64,000 nucleotides of DNA. Source: Anolis carolinensis (lineage: Eukaryota). Of the stretch, positions 61,800 through 64,000 are shown one piece after another. A program made the translations under genes and the position numbers. The number at the start of each line of letters is the position of its first letter. Position 1 is the first letter of the stretch. The notes under the pieces were generated by a model. That model had not been told where the DNA came from and did no database searches. It was given only the letters and a program-made list of their open reading frames with translations. The stretch is taken from the NCBI RefSeq assembly GCF_035594765.1, contig NC_085842.1, positions 146,209,036 to 146,273,035 on the forward strand. The letters run 5' to 3'.

Positions 61800-62349
61800 C
61801 AGATTTGCAGATGTTTTCTACAAATATTGGAGATGCAAAGTTATAAAGCATTTCTCTGACACGTTTTGAGAATCCTCCATAATCCCAAAGCAAATATTAG
61901 ACTCAAATCTAGTCTCATTTTTTGAATATCAAACATAAACTACTGGAACATGACAAATAATTTCAGAAAAAAGCAACTTATACTTTATTTATTATAGCAA
62001 GGCTTTTGATTGTGTAGATCACAAAAAATGGTGGATCATTCTGAAAGAAATGTGGTGCCATGACATTTAATTCTCTTGAAGAGAAACCTACAAATCAAAT
62101 AAAAAGTTATTGTTGGGTTAGAAAATGGAGGGACAATAGTTTTCATTTCGCAAGAAGGTCAAAACAAGTCTGTATTTTATCTGTTTAATTTATAGCAGAA
62201 CATATAATGTGGAAAGCAGGAATACAGTCAGAGGAAGGAAATGTGAGAACTGGGAGAGGAAGAATCAACAATTTAAGATAAGCAGATGACAGCATATTAC
62301 TTGATAAAAATATCAAAGACTTGGGATGACTAATATTGAAAGTTAAAGA
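61800..62349 (+). mobile_element. Old RTE/BovB-like reverse transcriptase fragment
   Basis: YSKAFDCVDH and NNLR*ADD relics. Confidence 0.7.
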
Positions 62350-62578
62350 AGCCCGGGGCTGTGGCGCAGACGGGAGAGCAAACCAGCTGCAATTAACTGC
62401 AATCAATCACTCTGACCAAGAGGTCATGAGTTCGAGGCCCGCTCGGAGCTATGTTGTTTGTCTTTGTCCTATGTTAAAAAGGCATTGAATGTTTGCCTAT
62501 ATGTGTAATGTGATCCGCCCTGAGTCCCCTTTGGGGTGAGAAGGGCGGAATATAAATGCTGTAAAGAAATAAATAAAT
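62350..62578 (+). mobile_element. Sauria-type SINE (short form)
   Basis: GGGGCTGTGGCGCAG head, GAGTTCGAGGCCC B-box, GATCCGCCCTGAGTCCCC...AATAAA tail. Confidence 0.75.
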
Positions 62579-62961
62579 ACAGAAATATATGCATTAAAAT
62601 GATTTAACTATATTTAAAGAGAAGGTTTTCTATACTTTTGCTCAGATTTTTATACCTTGGCTCAGTTAGTATATTCTCATATCTAAGGATGATGGGTCAC
62701 ACGTGCATGGTTCACTTTTCTTTGTTCACGTCTGCACTGTGTAACCCCTGAGAATCCATCTTTCATCAGCCCTACCTTGAGTGACTGCACCTACCGGTAA
62801 TCCCAGAGGCTCTGTTTATCCAGCCACAGAGAACTGATTTGTTGGCTATGGGATACTCTGGGTAAATATTTTTGTTTTGTGACCCATTTCTACCATTGGT
62901 TTTGAGTGGATGCTGGACTCCATTAGCAAAAAGACTGGCATGCTCATAACTTGCCACTTTT

Positions 62962-63241
62962 TTCTTGTCAGGAGTGACTTGAGAAACTGCAAATTGCTTC
63001 GGTGTGAGAGAATTGGCTGTCTGCAAGGACGTTGTCCAGGGGACGCCCGGATGTTTTGATGTTTTTATCATCCTTGTGGGAGGTTTCTGTCATGTCTGCG
63101 CATGGAGTTGGAGCTGACAGAGGGAGGTCATCCGCGCTCTCCCCAGGTTGGATTCGAACCAGTAACCTTCAGGTCACCAACCCAACCTTCAACTCATCAA
63201 TCCTGCCAGCACAAGGGTTAACCCACTGCACCACCGGGGGC
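62962..63241 (-). mobile_element. tRNA-derived SINE
   Basis: Minus-strand head CCCCCGGTGGTGCAGTGGGTTAA and GGTTCGAATCC B-box; paralog of 36965-37225. Confidence 0.75.
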
Positions 63242-63683
63242 TTACCACTATTAAAGCTTATCGTACAGCAGTAACATGTGACAACATTCAGCACCAAGTA
63301 ATGGAGTTTATCACATTAAGAGGCAAATTGCCATTATGACAGCACAACAGCATCTTTACTTTAGACTTTCCCACCAGGCTCCTGGTAGGAGACCATTGGA
63401 AGGCATTTCTTTTACAAAAGGAGGTCATTAATGGATTATTTGTATTTATAAAAGAAATTATTTTCAGGCTGTTTCCTATCAGGAAAGCAGTGAGAAATGA
63501 GCAACATCATATAAGACCAAGGCAATGACACTGTTGTACTGGTATAATCACAATGTGCCGGCTTTGTGTGATAAACTCCAAATCCACCCAGTTCTAAAAC
63601 AGGATACATACTTTGGCCACATTATGAAATGACATGACTCCCTTGAAATGAGACAAAAAGCAGTGTATAAATAAACATGATAG

Positions 63684-63718
<35 letters not shown>
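63684..63718. repeat. (GAT)n microsatellite
   Basis: Direct reading. Confidence 0.95.
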
Positions 63719-64000
63719 GTGATAGAGTAAATGGCAAAAGGCAATGGTAAAAGACAAAGGCCACAACACAGATGGAATCTACATTCATAAATTCTATAAG
63801 ATCTGAACAGGCCTGTTGATAGAAGGACTTCATGGTGATTTCTCATTCACAAGGTCCCCATAAGTCAAAGTCAACTTGACTGCACATTAACAACAATAAC
63901 GGTATCACAGATCTAGAGAAAACTTTGGAGGAACTCTTTAAGCTATTCACGTTCAGGATGGAGATACAGTGTTCCCTCACCACTTTGCAGTTTGTGTATT

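Noticed and set aside
62350-63241. A/B-box sequences as tRNA genes
   Set aside because: They are tRNA-derived SINE heads without a full cloverleaf.
63548-63846. Poly-His/Ser/Ile ORFs (likewise poly-Leu at 2253 and 9914, poly-Asn at 48543)
   Set aside because: Translations of trinucleotide microsatellites.

Overview
Eukaryotic genomic DNA from a squamate reptile. The repeat content (Sauria-type SINEs, BovB/RTE, CR1, L2, hAT and Harbinger-like MITEs) points to an Anolis-like lizard. The anchor is an intact TRAPPC5 gene (CDS 26025-26591, +) with a CpG promoter at about 24.4-24.6 kb. Three spliced type II transmembrane C-type lectin-like genes, which I assembled by hand, flank it: A (minus, 9159 to 1463, running off the left edge), B (plus, 30882-40532) and C (plus, 45008-53181). 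All three have cytoplasmic YxN tyrosine motifs, and B and C lack the Ca2+/sugar-binding motifs. This arrangement mirrors the mammalian MCEMP1-TRAPPC5-FCER2/CD209 locus. A 7.86-kb class I ERV-derived element (12336-20193, minus) lies between lectin A and TRAPPC5. It has two apparently identical 2056-bp LTRs, a CATT target-site duplication, a tRNA-Arg-like PBS and a PPT, but only badly decayed gag and integrase relics inside, so it looks like a very young insertion of an old non-autonomous element. The right end has a solo LTR, many TE fragments and a possible decayed large ORF on the minus strand. Exon models, motif calls and family names are by eye and need alignment or RNA-seq confirmation.
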